From: a virus
Taxonomy: Duplodnaviria > Caudoviricetes
Length of the DNA stretch: 64,000 nucleotides
Reading direction: 5' to 3' (one strand)
Virus record (IMG/VR): IMGVR_UViG_3300028888_000101
Coordinates: 19,476 to 83,475 of that record
Under the pieces are notes generated by a model that was not told the DNA's origin, did not search any database, and saw only the letters and a list, made by a program, of their open reading frames with translations. The stretch's first letter is position 1; every line of letters begins with the position of its first letter. The translations under genes were made by a program, and so were the position numbers. This document shows, piece after piece, positions 1 to 10,282 of the stretch.

Positions 1-148
1 TATAGAACTTCGATATCTTAGTTATAACGTGATTATCCGCATCAATTGAATAATTACACTATTTTTCTGAGAAAACCTCTCCAAATCAATCCTGGTGCGA
101 ATTAGAGTATGTTTTAAGTCTATTATTAGAACTATAAAGGAGATTAAC

Positions 149-424
149 ATGGCACCACAGGAATATCTTGAATTTATGAGAAAACGATATCACACATACG
201 CTTATTTCAAATACTCATTAAAAGACTGTAATACTGAAGCGGATTTTTCTGTAAAATCGAATGAGCTACTTGATGAGATATTTGAAGATGAAAAAATGTA
301 TTTTGATTTCACCAAAGGCCAGATACTTATCGCACCAATTCAGAAAGAATACGAGAACTTATCAGCCTACTCTCAGAAAGTAATGCAATTCTTTGCAATG
401 TTTCAGCAATTAAAAGGATTCTAA
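149..424 (+). CDS. hypothetical protein
   Basis: AAGGAG at 137-142 precedes ATG 149 (MAPQEY...); the ORF track starts upstream at 95. Confidence 0.6.
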   Translation: MAPQEYLEFMRKRYHTYAYFKYSLKDCNTEADFSVKSNELLDEIFEDEKMYFDFTKGQILIAPIQKEYENLSAYSQKVMQFFAMFQQLKGF

Positions 425-453
425 GATTAAATATTCTTAAAGGAGAATTTACT

Positions 454-1125
454 ATGGATTCTAAAGTAAAGAGTGCCGTAAACGAACTTGCGGATTTATT
501 CGGTACAACACCTAAAGGAACAACAGTTTATTTTAACGAATATAATTACACACCGATTCCACAACCGGTTACAGAAGCGGTAAAAGCGATAATGAATGAT
601 TATTCTGAACTGAAATACAGAATTGGACTTTACTCGGTAACTGTACTTGATACAGATAAAAAAAAAATCGCTAACGCATTAAATAAGAAACCCATAGAGT
701 CAAAGACCGCTATGGGTAATCTTCATGATGAATTCGTAACAGGTAAAATTACTGAAGCTGAGCTTAAAGATACTCTCACAAAGAAACACGGTTACGGAAA
801 ACGTAAGGCTGCAGCACTTATCGATAAGTGGAAACCTGGCGTAATCAAATCATCGCTTTCGGATTATTTTCCTGTAAGTGGAAGTCAGGCAGAAGAACTT
901 GAAGATAAGATTTCTCAGTTTGATAATAAATCAGATATCAGAACAACACTCGAAGATTATTTTCACATTTACGATGATTATGCCGAAATGTCTGTTGAAG
1001 ATTTTGATAATGCACTTGATGAATATTTCAACGAGATTGATGAAGATGATTTTCTTACTGACGAAATAGACGATACCGCTATGGATGAATACGGTGGAGA
1101 TGAATATTCTGAATCGTTAGAATAA
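454..1125 (+). CDS. hypothetical head-region protein with acidic C-terminus
   Basis: 223-aa ORF with AAGGAG RBS, directly upstream of the portal; C-terminal third is D/E-rich. Confidence 0.6.
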   Translation: MDSKVKSAVNELADLFGTTPKGTTVYFNEYNYTPIPQPVTEAVKAIMNDYSELKYRIGLYSVTVLDTDKKKIANALNKKPIESKTAMGNLHDEFVTGKITEAELKDTLTKKHGYGKRKAAALIDKWKPGVIKSSLSDYFPVSGSQAEELEDKISQFDNKSDIRTTLEDYFHIYDDYAEMSVEDFDNALDEYFNEIDEDDFLTDEIDDTAMDEYGGDEYSESLE

Positions 1126-1187
1126 TTTTTTGTAGGATTTTCCTCTATTTTTACATATTATTTATATAAGATGGAGGAAATCCTTAA

Positions 1188-3158
1188 ATGAATAATAACA
1201 ATAAGAACAGTAAACAAACCATTCCACAAATAGTAAAACATTTTCTTACACGTGATGAAGATGAAGACCTTTTTAATCAGGTTGAGGAATATAATAACTA
1301 CGCCAATTATTCGATAGAGACATCTACAACTTCAAGGTCTATCTTAAATGCACTTAAAGACATCCCTTCAATGGTTGATGACCCTATCTGTGGTTCTGCT
1401 GTAAAAGCTGTAATGCAGACAACTTTCCAGACAAACGGTAATAACGAATTGTTTACACTTGTTACACCATCCACACTTATTGAAAACGAATTGAATGATT
1501 TCCATGAAGCAATCGGTGTAAATCAGTTCTTACTCACCACAGGATATAATAATCTTTTGTGGGGTCAGTTACCATGGAAACACATTTATAGTTCTGAGGG
1601 TGTTCTGGAAAGGGTTGTTCCTATTCCTGATTTCACAAGCATTACTCCGATTATTATCAGTGGTAAAACAATTGGATTCATAAATGAAAACGGTGACTTT
1701 GTTCCGTCTTATGAATACACATACAGTCAGCTTGAGTATTACAAGAATCTTGGCGGTAACTCTAAGAACGTTTCTATCACAATGGGAAGTAGTTCTTCTA
1801 ATCCTATTGAACAGACTTTGCAGAATGAGTTCACATACGCAAATAGTTATCTGGGACAGGCAAGTAAACCATGGAGAAACGTAAATGTAATCGAAGACGC
1901 ATTACTTCTCAATCGTATGGACCAAAGTAATTACTACAGAATCATCTCTGTAAATGTCGGTGCTCAGGTTTATTCTAAATCAGCTATTCAGGTTCTTAAT
2001 TATTACCGTAATCTTTTCAAGAAAGTAAGACGTGTTAATTATGATTCTGACGGAATGAGTAGCAGAGGTATCGGACAGAACTTCGAAGTTATTGTTCCTC
2101 AGACACAGAATCAAGGCGTAAACGTTCAGGAAGTTGCAGGAAATCCTGACATTAAAGCACTTAAAGACCTTGATACACAATATCAGAAACTCTTTGCCGC
2201 ACTTCAGATTCAACCGTCTATGATTGGATTCTCTGAAGATACACCGTCTTCACTTGGTGACAGTGCGGCTCTTACTTGGGATAAACGATTCGCTAAAGTA
2301 TGTAAAACACTTTCTTACAGTACATACGATGCCCTTAAAAATATTGATTATCTCCATTTGCGTTCACTTGGTTATAATGTTACTAAAGACGATTGGAAAT
2401 ACGCTACTGTATCTAATACAATTCAGGAAGACCAGGATAAAGGCGAAAGTCTTAAAATCGCTGTTGAGAATCTTAAAGAAATCACAGACAGTTTTACGAG
2501 TATGGAAGTTCAGTACGATAAAGAATATCTTATCAAAACTATTCTTGGCGATGCTCTCGGTAACTTTGGTGTTGATTCTGAAAAACTTCTTGCGGCTAAA
2601 GATGATGTCGGTGATGATAATGAACAACTTATGATTGCGACATCTCTCAGACAGGGTAAGATTAAGAACACATTCAAACAGGATATTCTTAATGAAGATG
2701 CTCGTGTTATGACTTTGAATGGTATTTATAAAGAGAGGGAAATCAAGAAGATTATTGCAGCATTTACTAAATCAGACGTAAAGGTTGAAGAACAGACCAC
2801 ACCAATGACACTTAAACAGCTTTGTTCTTCGTTTGTTGTTAAACGTGATAATCCTCTGAATCTCAAGGGATTTGTAGAATATGTTGATGATGAACCTAGA
2901 CTGATAGAAGATTCATTCATAGGCTCTAAACAAACAAACGGAGAAGCTGTACCGTTTAAGTTCCCTGTAATCTGTTCTAAAGAATATGAAGTTACAGCAG
3001 GTGACCTCGACCTTGGTGCAGTATCTTGTGTAAACAATCTGTATATCGACAAGAACGGTAATTATACAATCAACAGTAAGACTGACCTTGCAAGATATCT
3101 TTATAATTATATGAATGACGGTATTGATTGTTACTGTGGAACTGTATGGAAACAATAA
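1188..3158 (+). CDS. portal protein (T4 gp20-like) with C-terminal extension
   Basis: IEDALLLNRMDQSNYYRIISVNVG resembles the gp20 LEDAxxIYRxxRAPxRRxxYxDxG clip/stem motif; size and position upstream of neck genes fit. Confidence 0.8.
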   Translation: MNNNNKNSKQTIPQIVKHFLTRDEDEDLFNQVEEYNNYANYSIETSTTSRSILNALKDIPSMVDDPICGSAVKAVMQTTFQTNGNNELFTLVTPSTLIENELNDFHEAIGVNQFLLTTGYNNLLWGQLPWKHIYSSEGVLERVVPIPDFTSITPIIISGKTIGFINENGDFVPSYEYTYSQLEYYKNLGGNSKNVSITMGSSSSNPIEQTLQNEFTYANSYLGQASKPWRNVNVIEDALLLNRMDQSNYYRIISVNVGAQVYSKSAIQVLNYYRNLFKKVRRVNYDSDGMSSRGIGQNFEVIVPQTQNQGVNVQEVAGNPDIKALKDLDTQYQKLFAALQIQPSMIGFSEDTPSSLGDSAALTWDKRFAKVCKTLSYSTYDALKNIDYLHLRSLGYNVTKDDWKYATVSNTIQEDQDKGESLKIAVENLKEITDSFTSMEVQYDKEYLIKTILGDALGNFGVDSEKLLAAKDDVGDDNEQLMIATSLRQGKIKNTFKQDILNEDARVMTLNGIYKEREIKKIIAAFTKSDVKVEEQTTPMTLKQLCSSFVVKRDNPLNLKGFVEYVDDEPRLIEDSFIGSKQTNGEAVPFKFPVICSKEYEVTAGDLDLGAVSCVNNLYIDKNGNYTINSKTDLARYLYNYMNDGIDCYCGTVWKQ

Positions 3159-3221
3159 TCTTGTTCAATAAATAATTCTATTATTATATTATAATTAGAA
3201 TTATTTATTCAGGAGAAAAAC

Positions 3222-3674
3222 ATGAGTAAGAGAACAATCAGACTTCAGCCTTCATCGGGCAAGTTTTTACAGACATCTTTGGATGGCCGTATCATTAATA
3301 TTTTCCTTGTAGACCCTAAAACAAATGTTCAGGGTACTGAGGTAAATTACGATGATGCGATTCGTATTCTTGCATTTAAGAATCCGGTTGCTATTCCTGT
3401 ACCTGTTAAAGGTAGAGACGGAAAGTACATTAAACAGCTTACAGATGAAGACATTGCTGCTATTGAAGAGATTCGAAATAACGGTTATAAAGAGACAACC
3501 GCTATCGTATCATCTGACAATTCTGCACTTGAGAACGTTGTTGCTTCACAGAATGAAGTAATTAAGTCTCAGATGGACTTCATGACTCAGATGAAAAAGG
3601 AAATGGATGAACTTAAATCTGAAGTAAAAAAGATGAACAGTAAATCCGAATCCAAAGCTAAAAGAGAAAAATAA
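3222..3674 (+). CDS. hypothetical protein with C-terminal coiled coil
   Basis: AGGAG RBS; heptad-like C-terminus. Confidence 0.6.
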   Translation: MSKRTIRLQPSSGKFLQTSLDGRIINIFLVDPKTNVQGTEVNYDDAIRILAFKNPVAIPVPVKGRDGKYIKQLTDEDIAAIEEIRNNGYKETTAIVSSDNSALENVVASQNEVIKSQMDFMTQMKKEMDELKSEVKKMNSKSESKAKREK

Positions 3675-3708
3675 ACTATTTTTGGCCTCCTAAGCATTAA
3701 TAGTTTTT

Positions 3709-3766
3709 GAGAACCTTGAGCGGACCTCACAACTCACATCCATATCCGCTTAAGGTTCTCTTTTTA
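3709..3766 (+). terminator. intrinsic terminator with 16-bp stem and 20-nt loop
   Basis: GAGAACCTTGAGCGGA (3709-3724) pairs with TCCGCTTAAGGTTCTC (3745-3760) with one G-U on the + strand; T-tract follows. Confidence 0.7.
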
Positions 3767-3792
3767 TTTACATATTTAAGTGAGGTTACATT

Positions 3793-4521
3793 ATGGTTTC
3801 ATTAAAGAAATACACAAAAGAACAAATCCTTACAGAAGGTAACAATCGTTTCAAAAAGATTGCGAGTATGCTCGATAAAGAAGATTTGGAAGATATGCTG
3901 CAACAGGCATTAACTTGGCTCGACCAGGTTATCTTTACTCCAAGAGCGGTACTGTTTAAGCCAGATGATATAATGATGTATAAAGGCGGATGGTTTGTTG
4001 ATGTAACTCCATACAAAGTAGATGTAATTAATAACGCTTATTATCAGGATACTTTTGATGAACAATTGAACACTATTCTTCCTGAGGTCGGTCTCATGCC
4101 TTTCATTGTAGGTGGTAATACCTTTAATTCGTTGAGTTCTATCGGTGATTATCTGGGTCTTAGAAGTAACCTTAATATGATGAACAGACAACTTGAACTT
4201 GACGGTGATTATGAACTATGGCCTGTAGATGAAGAAGGAAGACAATTACTGCAAGTAAAGAACAATCATCTGATAAGAATAGAATATCTTCCGAACATTG
4301 ATAGAAATGCGGAAGAATGGTATCTGTATGATTATGAATATGGTGCGTTAAAAGACGTTCTGTTCGACATGTGTAATATATTCAACTACGAACAACTTAT
4401 GTCAGCTCAATCACTTGGTGTAAGTAAAGAAACAGAGAACCTTGCTAAATACTGGAATGACAAACTTGAAAAAGACAAGAAAGAATTCCAGGACAAAGTT
4501 CTCGTTACTGCGTTGATGTAG
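3793..4521 (+). CDS. putative neck / head-tail adaptor protein
   Basis: 242 aa, downstream of the portal; helical N-terminus, beta-rich middle, helical C-terminus as in gp13-type adaptors; call is mostly positional. Confidence 0.45.
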   Translation: MVSLKKYTKEQILTEGNNRFKKIASMLDKEDLEDMLQQALTWLDQVIFTPRAVLFKPDDIMMYKGGWFVDVTPYKVDVINNAYYQDTFDEQLNTILPEVGLMPFIVGGNTFNSLSSIGDYLGLRSNLNMMNRQLELDGDYELWPVDEEGRQLLQVKNNHLIRIEYLPNIDRNAEEWYLYDYEYGALKDVLFDMCNIFNYEQLMSAQSLGVSKETENLAKYWNDKLEKDKKEFQDKVLVTALM

Positions 4522-4523
4522 TA

Positions 4524-4703
4524 CTAATTATATACGCTTCTCTTAAAGAACGGATGATTTACCATTTTTGAAACTGTGGTGGACTGATTCTTCTCCACAG
4601 TAAGGAAAGAATCTTTATCTTTTACATCAGTGAAAGTAATGTAATCTTTGCACATTAAACAAAGATATTTTCTACCGTTGATATTACAGAATATTCTACT
4701 CAT
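4524..4703 (-). CDS. small hypothetical protein (59 aa, MSRIFCNINGRKYLCLMC...)
   Basis: Translated by hand; AGGAG RBS; not in the ORF track. Confidence 0.45.
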   Translation of the reverse strand: MSRIFCNINGRKYLCLMCKDYITFTDVKDKDSFLTVEKNQSTTVSKMVNHPFFKRSVYN

Positions 4704-4722
4704 CTTTATTGCTCCTAAAAAT

Positions 4723-4748
4723 AATCAGGGTGACGAATCACCCTGATT
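4723..4748 (-). terminator. hairpin/terminator after DUF932
   Basis: Perfect 11-bp stem AATCAGGGTGA/TCACCCTGATT; UUCG loop on the - strand. Confidence 0.7.
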
Positions 4749-4759
4749 TAATGTTAGAA

Positions 4760-5689
4760 TTAAGCTGATTTCAGAATATCTTCTGCTGCTGAAAGCATTG
4801 AATATCCGTTCATGAAGTTGGCCATTTTCCAATCGGCACTTGTAGAAGTTTTGCGGAGAGGTTCACCGTTTGAAACGAAATCAGCTACCGAATTGTAAAG
4901 ACCCCAGGCAGTTCCCTTGAAGTTCTGAAGGTCTTCTTTATTGTGATAGATGTCTGCAATTGCAAGACCAACTTTTTCAGTAGACTTTTCAGAAAGATTC
5001 ATCTTCTTGAACAATTCACGGAAGAAAGCCTCTTCACGAACTTTCTGTCCTGCCATTTTGATTGCATCTTCTTTTACACGTTCAGTGTAATTAAGTGCAA
5101 GTCCGAGAGCCTGTTCTGCTTCAGCCTGTTTACCTTTGATTGATTCTGTATGGCGAAGATTCCAAGTTCTCTGAGCACCGTTGATGGCAAGCTGCAAAGT
5201 ATTTGAACATACTACTCTCACGCAGCTCACAGACGCTATTAATCCTGTTGTACCATCATGACTATTCGATACACATAAATAATTTTCAGTAGTATCACCA
5301 ACCAAATCAATATCTGGCAATCTAACCAACATAAAGGTTCGTTTACCGTTGAAAAGTGAACCTGCGGTTTCATATCTGCACTCAACACCTCTTGAATTTT
5401 CTATAATGTTATTTGTAAATTCAAAAGCGTCTTTGTTCTGTACAATTCTGTACTTACCTTTTACCATCCCAAGAACATCTTTTGTATCAGAACGTACATT
5501 TACAAAAAAGTCTGGAATTTCGGTTCCGTCTTTGAGAAATACAGGCTGTTGTACAACATCCCATCCAAGATTAGCTAATCTAATAGCTTCGTCTGAAGTG
5601 GCTGTTCCATCAATAACAGTTCCTAAACCATGCCAAGGTCTAATTCCATTTCCGCTAAACATAGTATCATGTTCCATGATTCCGTGCAT
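4760..5689 (-). CDS. DUF932-family (TIGR03299-type phage/plasmid) protein
   Basis: Characteristic MFS...PWHGLG...EA...A.L.W.V, YETAGSLFNG and NSHDG...RVVCSNTL motifs. Confidence 0.85.
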   Translation of the reverse strand: MHGIMEHDTMFSGNGIRPWHGLGTVIDGTATSDEAIRLANLGWDVVQQPVFLKDGTEIPDFFVNVRSDTKDVLGMVKGKYRIVQNKDAFEFTNNIIENSRGVECRYETAGSLFNGKRTFMLVRLPDIDLVGDTTENYLCVSNSHDGTTGLIASVSCVRVVCSNTLQLAINGAQRTWNLRHTESIKGKQAEAEQALGLALNYTERVKEDAIKMAGQKVREEAFFRELFKKMNLSEKSTEKVGLAIADIYHNKEDLQNFKGTAWGLYNSVADFVSNGEPLRKTSTSADWKMANFMNGYSMLSAAEDILKSA

Positions 5690-5699
5690 AAAAGCCTCC

Positions 5700-5752
5700 T
5701 AAGATTTATTATTTGTAATAATAATATATAATAAAATAACATCTTTGTAAAG
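5700..5752 (-). promoter_or_regulatory. sigma70-like early promoter for DUF932
   Basis: TTTACA-N17-TATATT, then AGGAGG, on the - strand. Confidence 0.6.
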
Positions 5753-5760
5753 TATTACGG

Positions 5761-7011
5761 TTAAAAATTTTTAATGAAAGTATAATTTTTATTAAAATAT
5801 TCTTTCATGTAAAAATAATCACCGCCTTTATTAAAAGATTTAGATAATATTAATTTAATGTCATTGTTAGATTCTATAACGTTTAATTTTAATTCCCATA
5901 ATCTTAATCGTTTACGATTATCGTTAACATCATTTTTATTGTATATGAATTTTGGATTGCCTTCAGAATCAAAAAATTGATTTCCTTTTATCTCAATATA
6001 TTCATTATCTACCTTAAAATCCACGATGAATATGTGTTCCTCTCCATCGTCATCTTTATACGGTAAAGGATATTCTACTTGATATTCAAAAGTATAATCG
6101 TGGTCTTTTAGATAAATGTAAAAATAAGCTTCTTCTTTGGATGCAAAACTTATATTTGACAATCCGTGTACTTCCCATTTTTTATGAGATTTCCTTAAAA
6201 TGTCGTTGGATTGTAACGCATGTTCTACACCATAATGTTCAAACAATGTTCTTTTTACCTTTTCTTGTATTTCCTTCGATTGCGTTGGTTTTTTCACTCC
6301 GTATTTTTTCATACACGTTTGCTCAGATTTATTTTTCATATCTTGCGTTTGAGTGTAATATTCCACTCCATATTTTTCTAGACATGTGCGTATTCCTTTT
6401 TCTTTAATTTCATCTACCTGTTTGACATTGGATTTACCATATTTTTTCAAACATGTTTGTTTACATTTCTCTCTGTTATTATAACCAGAAACGCCATATC
6501 GTTCTGTTTTAGTCCGTTTAGCGTTCTCTATCATTTGTTTGGATTGTGCTGAATATTCGACACCATATTTTTCTAAACATGTCTTTTTTGTTTTTTCTTT
6601 AACTCCGGGAATATTAGCAATTACAGATGTTCCGTATTTATCGACCAAAACGTTATTTATTTTTTCTCTGATTTTTTTATCTTTTAGAACACTTTCGACA
6701 CCGTATTTTTTCATACAAGTATGTCTAATCTTATTTACAACCTCAGGCGAAGACATAGGCGAATTACCACCATAACGTTCTATACAAGTTTCTAAACGAT
6801 GTTCTTCTTTTATTTGACGTTTAATATTTTTTATATCAGGTTGATTATAAAATTCTTTAAGTTTAAGATAATCTAATTTAGTACAATAATTAGTTCTCCG
6901 TACTTTAATGATTTTAATTCCTAGATATTTAGTCCATGTAGAAAAACTCCATCTACCCATTTGCAGCTCATCTTTAATTAAAGATGTAGGTATCAATTCA
7001 TCATCATTCAT
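5761..7011 (-). CDS. putative homing endonuclease: tandem TCxxKYGVE repeats plus C-terminal PD-(D/E)xK nuclease
   Basis: About 9 repeats of (T/S)CxxKYGV; FIVDFKVDNEYIEIKG is a PD-(D/E)xK motif; antisense insertion among head genes; GAGGAG RBS supports ATG 7011. Confidence 0.65.
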   Translation of the reverse strand: MNDDELIPTSLIKDELQMGRWSFSTWTKYLGIKIIKVRRTNYCTKLDYLKLKEFYNQPDIKNIKRQIKEEHRLETCIERYGGNSPMSSPEVVNKIRHTCMKKYGVESVLKDKKIREKINNVLVDKYGTSVIANIPGVKEKTKKTCLEKYGVEYSAQSKQMIENAKRTKTERYGVSGYNNREKCKQTCLKKYGKSNVKQVDEIKEKGIRTCLEKYGVEYYTQTQDMKNKSEQTCMKKYGVKKPTQSKEIQEKVKRTLFEHYGVEHALQSNDILRKSHKKWEVHGLSNISFASKEEAYFYIYLKDHDYTFEYQVEYPLPYKDDDGEEHIFIVDFKVDNEYIEIKGNQFFDSEGNPKFIYNKNDVNDNRKRLRLWELKLNVIESNNDIKLILSKSFNKGGDYFYMKEYFNKNYTFIKNF

Positions 7012-7113
7012 ATAACAACTCCTCAATTCAATCTAAGTTATATCATACTATATTAACAGTAGTGTTTCAATCAATTACTGATATTTTTTATAAGAAAAGA
7101 AAATCTATTATTA

Positions 7114-7932
7114 ATGTTAGAGAGAATTAAATATTTAGATATGAATAACATTAAAGAATTGAATCCGATATATTCATTTACTCTTAAAGAGCTTCGTGAT
7201 GCTGAGGACATGGACTTTATTCACAGAAGAGAACATCTCGCAGAACTTGAAGAACCTGAGCTGGAATATTGCTATGCGAATACTCTTGTGTTTACAATCA
7301 AATCTTCTCAGTACGGTAAGAAAGATAAAAAGACTGGCGGCACTAATGTAACTAAGTATAAAGTGTTTGTTTTGTTTGAAGATTTTTATACTATCGGAAA
7401 AGATAAAGACATTGATTTTGAAGATGCTGTAGATTATGCGATTAATTACGCAGATGTTCATACTCGCTGTACATGCCCCAGCCAGCTGTATTGGGGATTT
7501 AGCTATGAGGGCACACAGCTTGGATATCTTTATGGTGTTCCGAGAGAAAACAGATTTCCAAAAATACGCAATCCTAATTTAAGAAGTACCAGCTGTAAAC
7601 ATACAGATAAAGTCATTGAATGGATTCTGAGACATAAAGATATAGTTACTAAATTGTTTGCCACATATTACAATCGTCTTGATGATGGACAATCTATATA
7701 TGCTGTAAATACTAAAGGTACTACAATTACAATCGGAAAGAAAAATGAAGATGGTGACGTATTCTTTGAACAACAAGTGGAGGAAGAAAATATGAGTGAG
7801 GACCAGACACCTGAAGAACAGACTGAAGAAACTGTTACAGAAGAAACATCTGAAGATGTTGATAATCTCGACCCAGATACATGGTGGGAAGATGAAGATA
7901 ATGTCACAGACATTGAACAGGAGAATGAATAA
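7114..7932 (+). CDS. SWIM-type zinc-finger protein with acidic tail
   Basis: CTCPSQLYWG...RNP...SCKH gives CxC-x(n)-CxH. Confidence 0.65.
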   Translation: MLERIKYLDMNNIKELNPIYSFTLKELRDAEDMDFIHRREHLAELEEPELEYCYANTLVFTIKSSQYGKKDKKTGGTNVTKYKVFVLFEDFYTIGKDKDIDFEDAVDYAINYADVHTRCTCPSQLYWGFSYEGTQLGYLYGVPRENRFPKIRNPNLRSTSCKHTDKVIEWILRHKDIVTKLFATYYNRLDDGQSIYAVNTKGTTITIGKKNEDGDVFFEQQVEEENMSEDQTPEEQTEETVTEETSEDVDNLDPDTWWEDEDNVTDIEQENE

Positions 7933-8732
7933 TGACTATCGATAATATTTCAACTGTTGTAGAAGAATTCACAAAAAGACTTCAGCTGCCTGAAAGTCTT
8001 TACAAGTTCACAATGACTACAACGAATGAGAATGTGGAACTCATAATCTCGATTGAAAATACTGTAAAATGTGCAATGAATATTACTAACGGTAACATTA
8101 AAGTTCTTTATGCAGATAATTATCTGTCTGAGAATTATCTTGCGTTGGAATTCATGACACCGATAACTTTACTGTATCAACTTTGTATTATGTTCTATGC
8201 GTGTGTCAAAGATGTTGCTCAGATAGATTTTAATAAAATGCTCAGTATTATCTTCCTTGAAGATGTTTATGACTGGAAGACATTGATATATGCGATAGCT
8301 GAGAATGTTGGTCTTGAGACGGAATTAAAAGACGATTATGTTGTAATAGATGATGTAGAAATACATTACAGCGGATATCTGAATAAAATCCAGATTGATA
8401 ATACTGAAATCACATTACGAGGAAATGATTACACAGATATCGTTGAAGCTATGTTCAAATGTGTAGAATATATCGCAAATGTCATGGATGTTGCAGATAA
8501 TCTGTTTATGCCTGAGGAAACCGGTGAGGGTGAATTTGCGGAAGAAGATAATGTTGCAGAAGCTGGTGGAATGCCTATGAACGGTGAAGATATGGATATT
8601 GATGTTGATATGGACATGGGTGATGAAGAGGCTGCAGAAGAAGGTGGTGCTCCTGAACCTGTGGAGCCTATGGAAAATGAGGACTTCACAGAACCTCAGG
8701 GTCCGGTAGTAACAATGGATGATTTACTATAA
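7932..8732 (+). CDS. hypothetical protein with long acidic C-terminal tail
   Basis: TAATG coupling to the upstream gene; D/E/M-rich tail. Confidence 0.6.
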   Translation: MTIDNISTVVEEFTKRLQLPESLYKFTMTTTNENVELIISIENTVKCAMNITNGNIKVLYADNYLSENYLALEFMTPITLLYQLCIMFYACVKDVAQIDFNKMLSIIFLEDVYDWKTLIYAIAENVGLETELKDDYVVIDDVEIHYSGYLNKIQIDNTEITLRGNDYTDIVEAMFKCVEYIANVMDVADNLFMPEETGEGEFAEEDNVAEAGGMPMNGEDMDIDVDMDMGDEEAAEEGGAPEPVEPMENEDFTEPQGPVVTMDDLL

Positions 8733-8800
8733 ATTATTCTTTACAAGGTAATATTTATTTGATATTATAGTTACATAAACTAAATACATAGGAGATATTT

Positions 8801-9484
8801 ATGGAAGACGAAAAGATTAACGCACTCGTACAGTGGCTCAACGAAAACGGTAATGAAGTTTCTGTCGATGATGTAATTGATGAAGGTTGGAATCGTTACA
8901 GTGTAAATGGTGACGATTACTTGGTTTGTACTGATGAAGAAGCTGATGAAGAATTTAAAAGTTCTGAAGAATCTCTTATCGATGATTTGGGAATAGATTC
9001 TTTCTCAGACTGGTTTCAGACATGGATTCTTGATAACGCAATCAATACTTCATGGTTCGAAAGTGCTCTTGAAGAAGAGGCTGATTATCTTGCAAGTGAA
9101 TATTCAAACGAAAGTAGCAGCACTTATGAAAATCGTCTTGTCGAAGAATGCTATGACCATGACCTTATCACAGATGATGATTTTGAAACAGGCGAAGACG
9201 GAAATCCAGATTATGAAAGATGTACTGTAGAAGAATGGGATTTGCAGGATAGATTCAAGACATGGTATGTTGACCACCAGGAAGATGCTGTTGAATGGTA
9301 TAAGATGAACTTCGGAAATGAATCTTTTAGAGATGTCGTAAAAGAACACAATCTTCTTGATGTTGATGCAATCATTGAAGAAGTTAAACGTAATGACGGT
9401 CGTGGTGGTGCTCTTGCAGCTTATGACGGTGTTGAAAACGAAGTAGACTATAATGGTGAATGGTATTACATTTATCGATGCTAG
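8801..9484 (+). CDS. highly acidic hypothetical protein
   Basis: D/E-rich throughout with interspersed W/Y; AGGAG RBS; hairpin follows at ~9507-9535. Confidence 0.65.
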   Translation: MEDEKINALVQWLNENGNEVSVDDVIDEGWNRYSVNGDDYLVCTDEEADEEFKSSEESLIDDLGIDSFSDWFQTWILDNAINTSWFESALEEEADYLASEYSNESSSTYENRLVEECYDHDLITDDDFETGEDGNPDYERCTVEEWDLQDRFKTWYVDHQEDAVEWYKMNFGNESFRDVVKEHNLLDVDAIIEEVKRNDGRGGALAAYDGVENEVDYNGEWYYIYRC

Positions 9485-9550
9485 TTCGTAATAACATATT
9501 TCTATAGAGGCACACTCTTAAACGGGTGTGTCTTTTTTATATATTTTTAT

Positions 9551-10030
9551 ATGAGCGTAGAAAATTTTCTTGCATACGAACAGTATATCTCATACATGGA
9601 CAAGCAGTTGTCAATTTGGGGTCAGCCCATGACAGTCTACAATCCTGAAAGACAGAATGCACTTGGCTATGAAGATACAGGATATAACGAGATTGAAAGA
9701 ATGAATAGTGATAAGGTTCTCGGTAACCAGTACCATAAATATCAAAGCCGTATTTGGATAAACTTCACTATTCCAAAATCGGTTTTCTATAAGCACAATT
9801 GGTTTCCTGAAGAAGGTGAAGAACTCTGTATGGCTGTAATAAAGTCAGATGTTCCTGTAAAAGAAAATGATTATATCAGAACAGCAATCCCTGAGGCTAC
9901 AAGTATTTGGGGTGATATGATTTTCCAGGTAAGGAAGATTATAGACACAGGGTTAGCCAATGTACTGCAGCGTCAGTATTTCTTAAAACCAACTAGCAAT
10001 AAAGATTTACATTTTGAACTTGATTTCTAA
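9551..10030 (+). CDS. putative head-closure / neck protein (gp14/SPP1 gp16-like)
   Basis: Size, beta-rich pattern (WGQPMTVY...WINF...DYIRT...FQVRKI) and position; positional inference. Confidence 0.45.
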   Translation: MSVENFLAYEQYISYMDKQLSIWGQPMTVYNPERQNALGYEDTGYNEIERMNSDKVLGNQYHKYQSRIWINFTIPKSVFYKHNWFPEEGEELCMAVIKSDVPVKENDYIRTAIPEATSIWGDMIFQVRKIIDTGLANVLQRQYFLKPTSNKDLHFELDF

Positions 10031-10042
10031 GTGAGGTATTTT

Positions 10043-10282
10043 ATGAAGAAGTTTATCGCTATTATTGTTATTATATTCTCTTGTTTCTTTCTTACAGGAT
10101 ATTCTTACTCGATGAAGTGTCCTAAATGCATTGAAGAGTCAAAGACCAACAAACAGGTTATGAACAGTATTGGAGTTGCTTGGCGTGACTTTGGAACTCC
10201 GATTATCCATAAAGACGGTAAGGCTTACGCTACTTACCGTTGTTGCTATGGACATTCTTTTCTTGTAGATTTATCAGAATAA
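10043..10282 (+). CDS. small protein with hydrophobic N-terminus and CxxC...CxxH zinc ribbon
   Basis: MKKFIAIIVII... signal/TM segment; CPKC and CCYGH. Confidence 0.5.
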   Translation: MKKFIAIIVIIFSCFFLTGYSYSMKCPKCIEESKTNKQVMNSIGVAWRDFGTPIIHKDGKAYATYRCCYGHSFLVDLSE

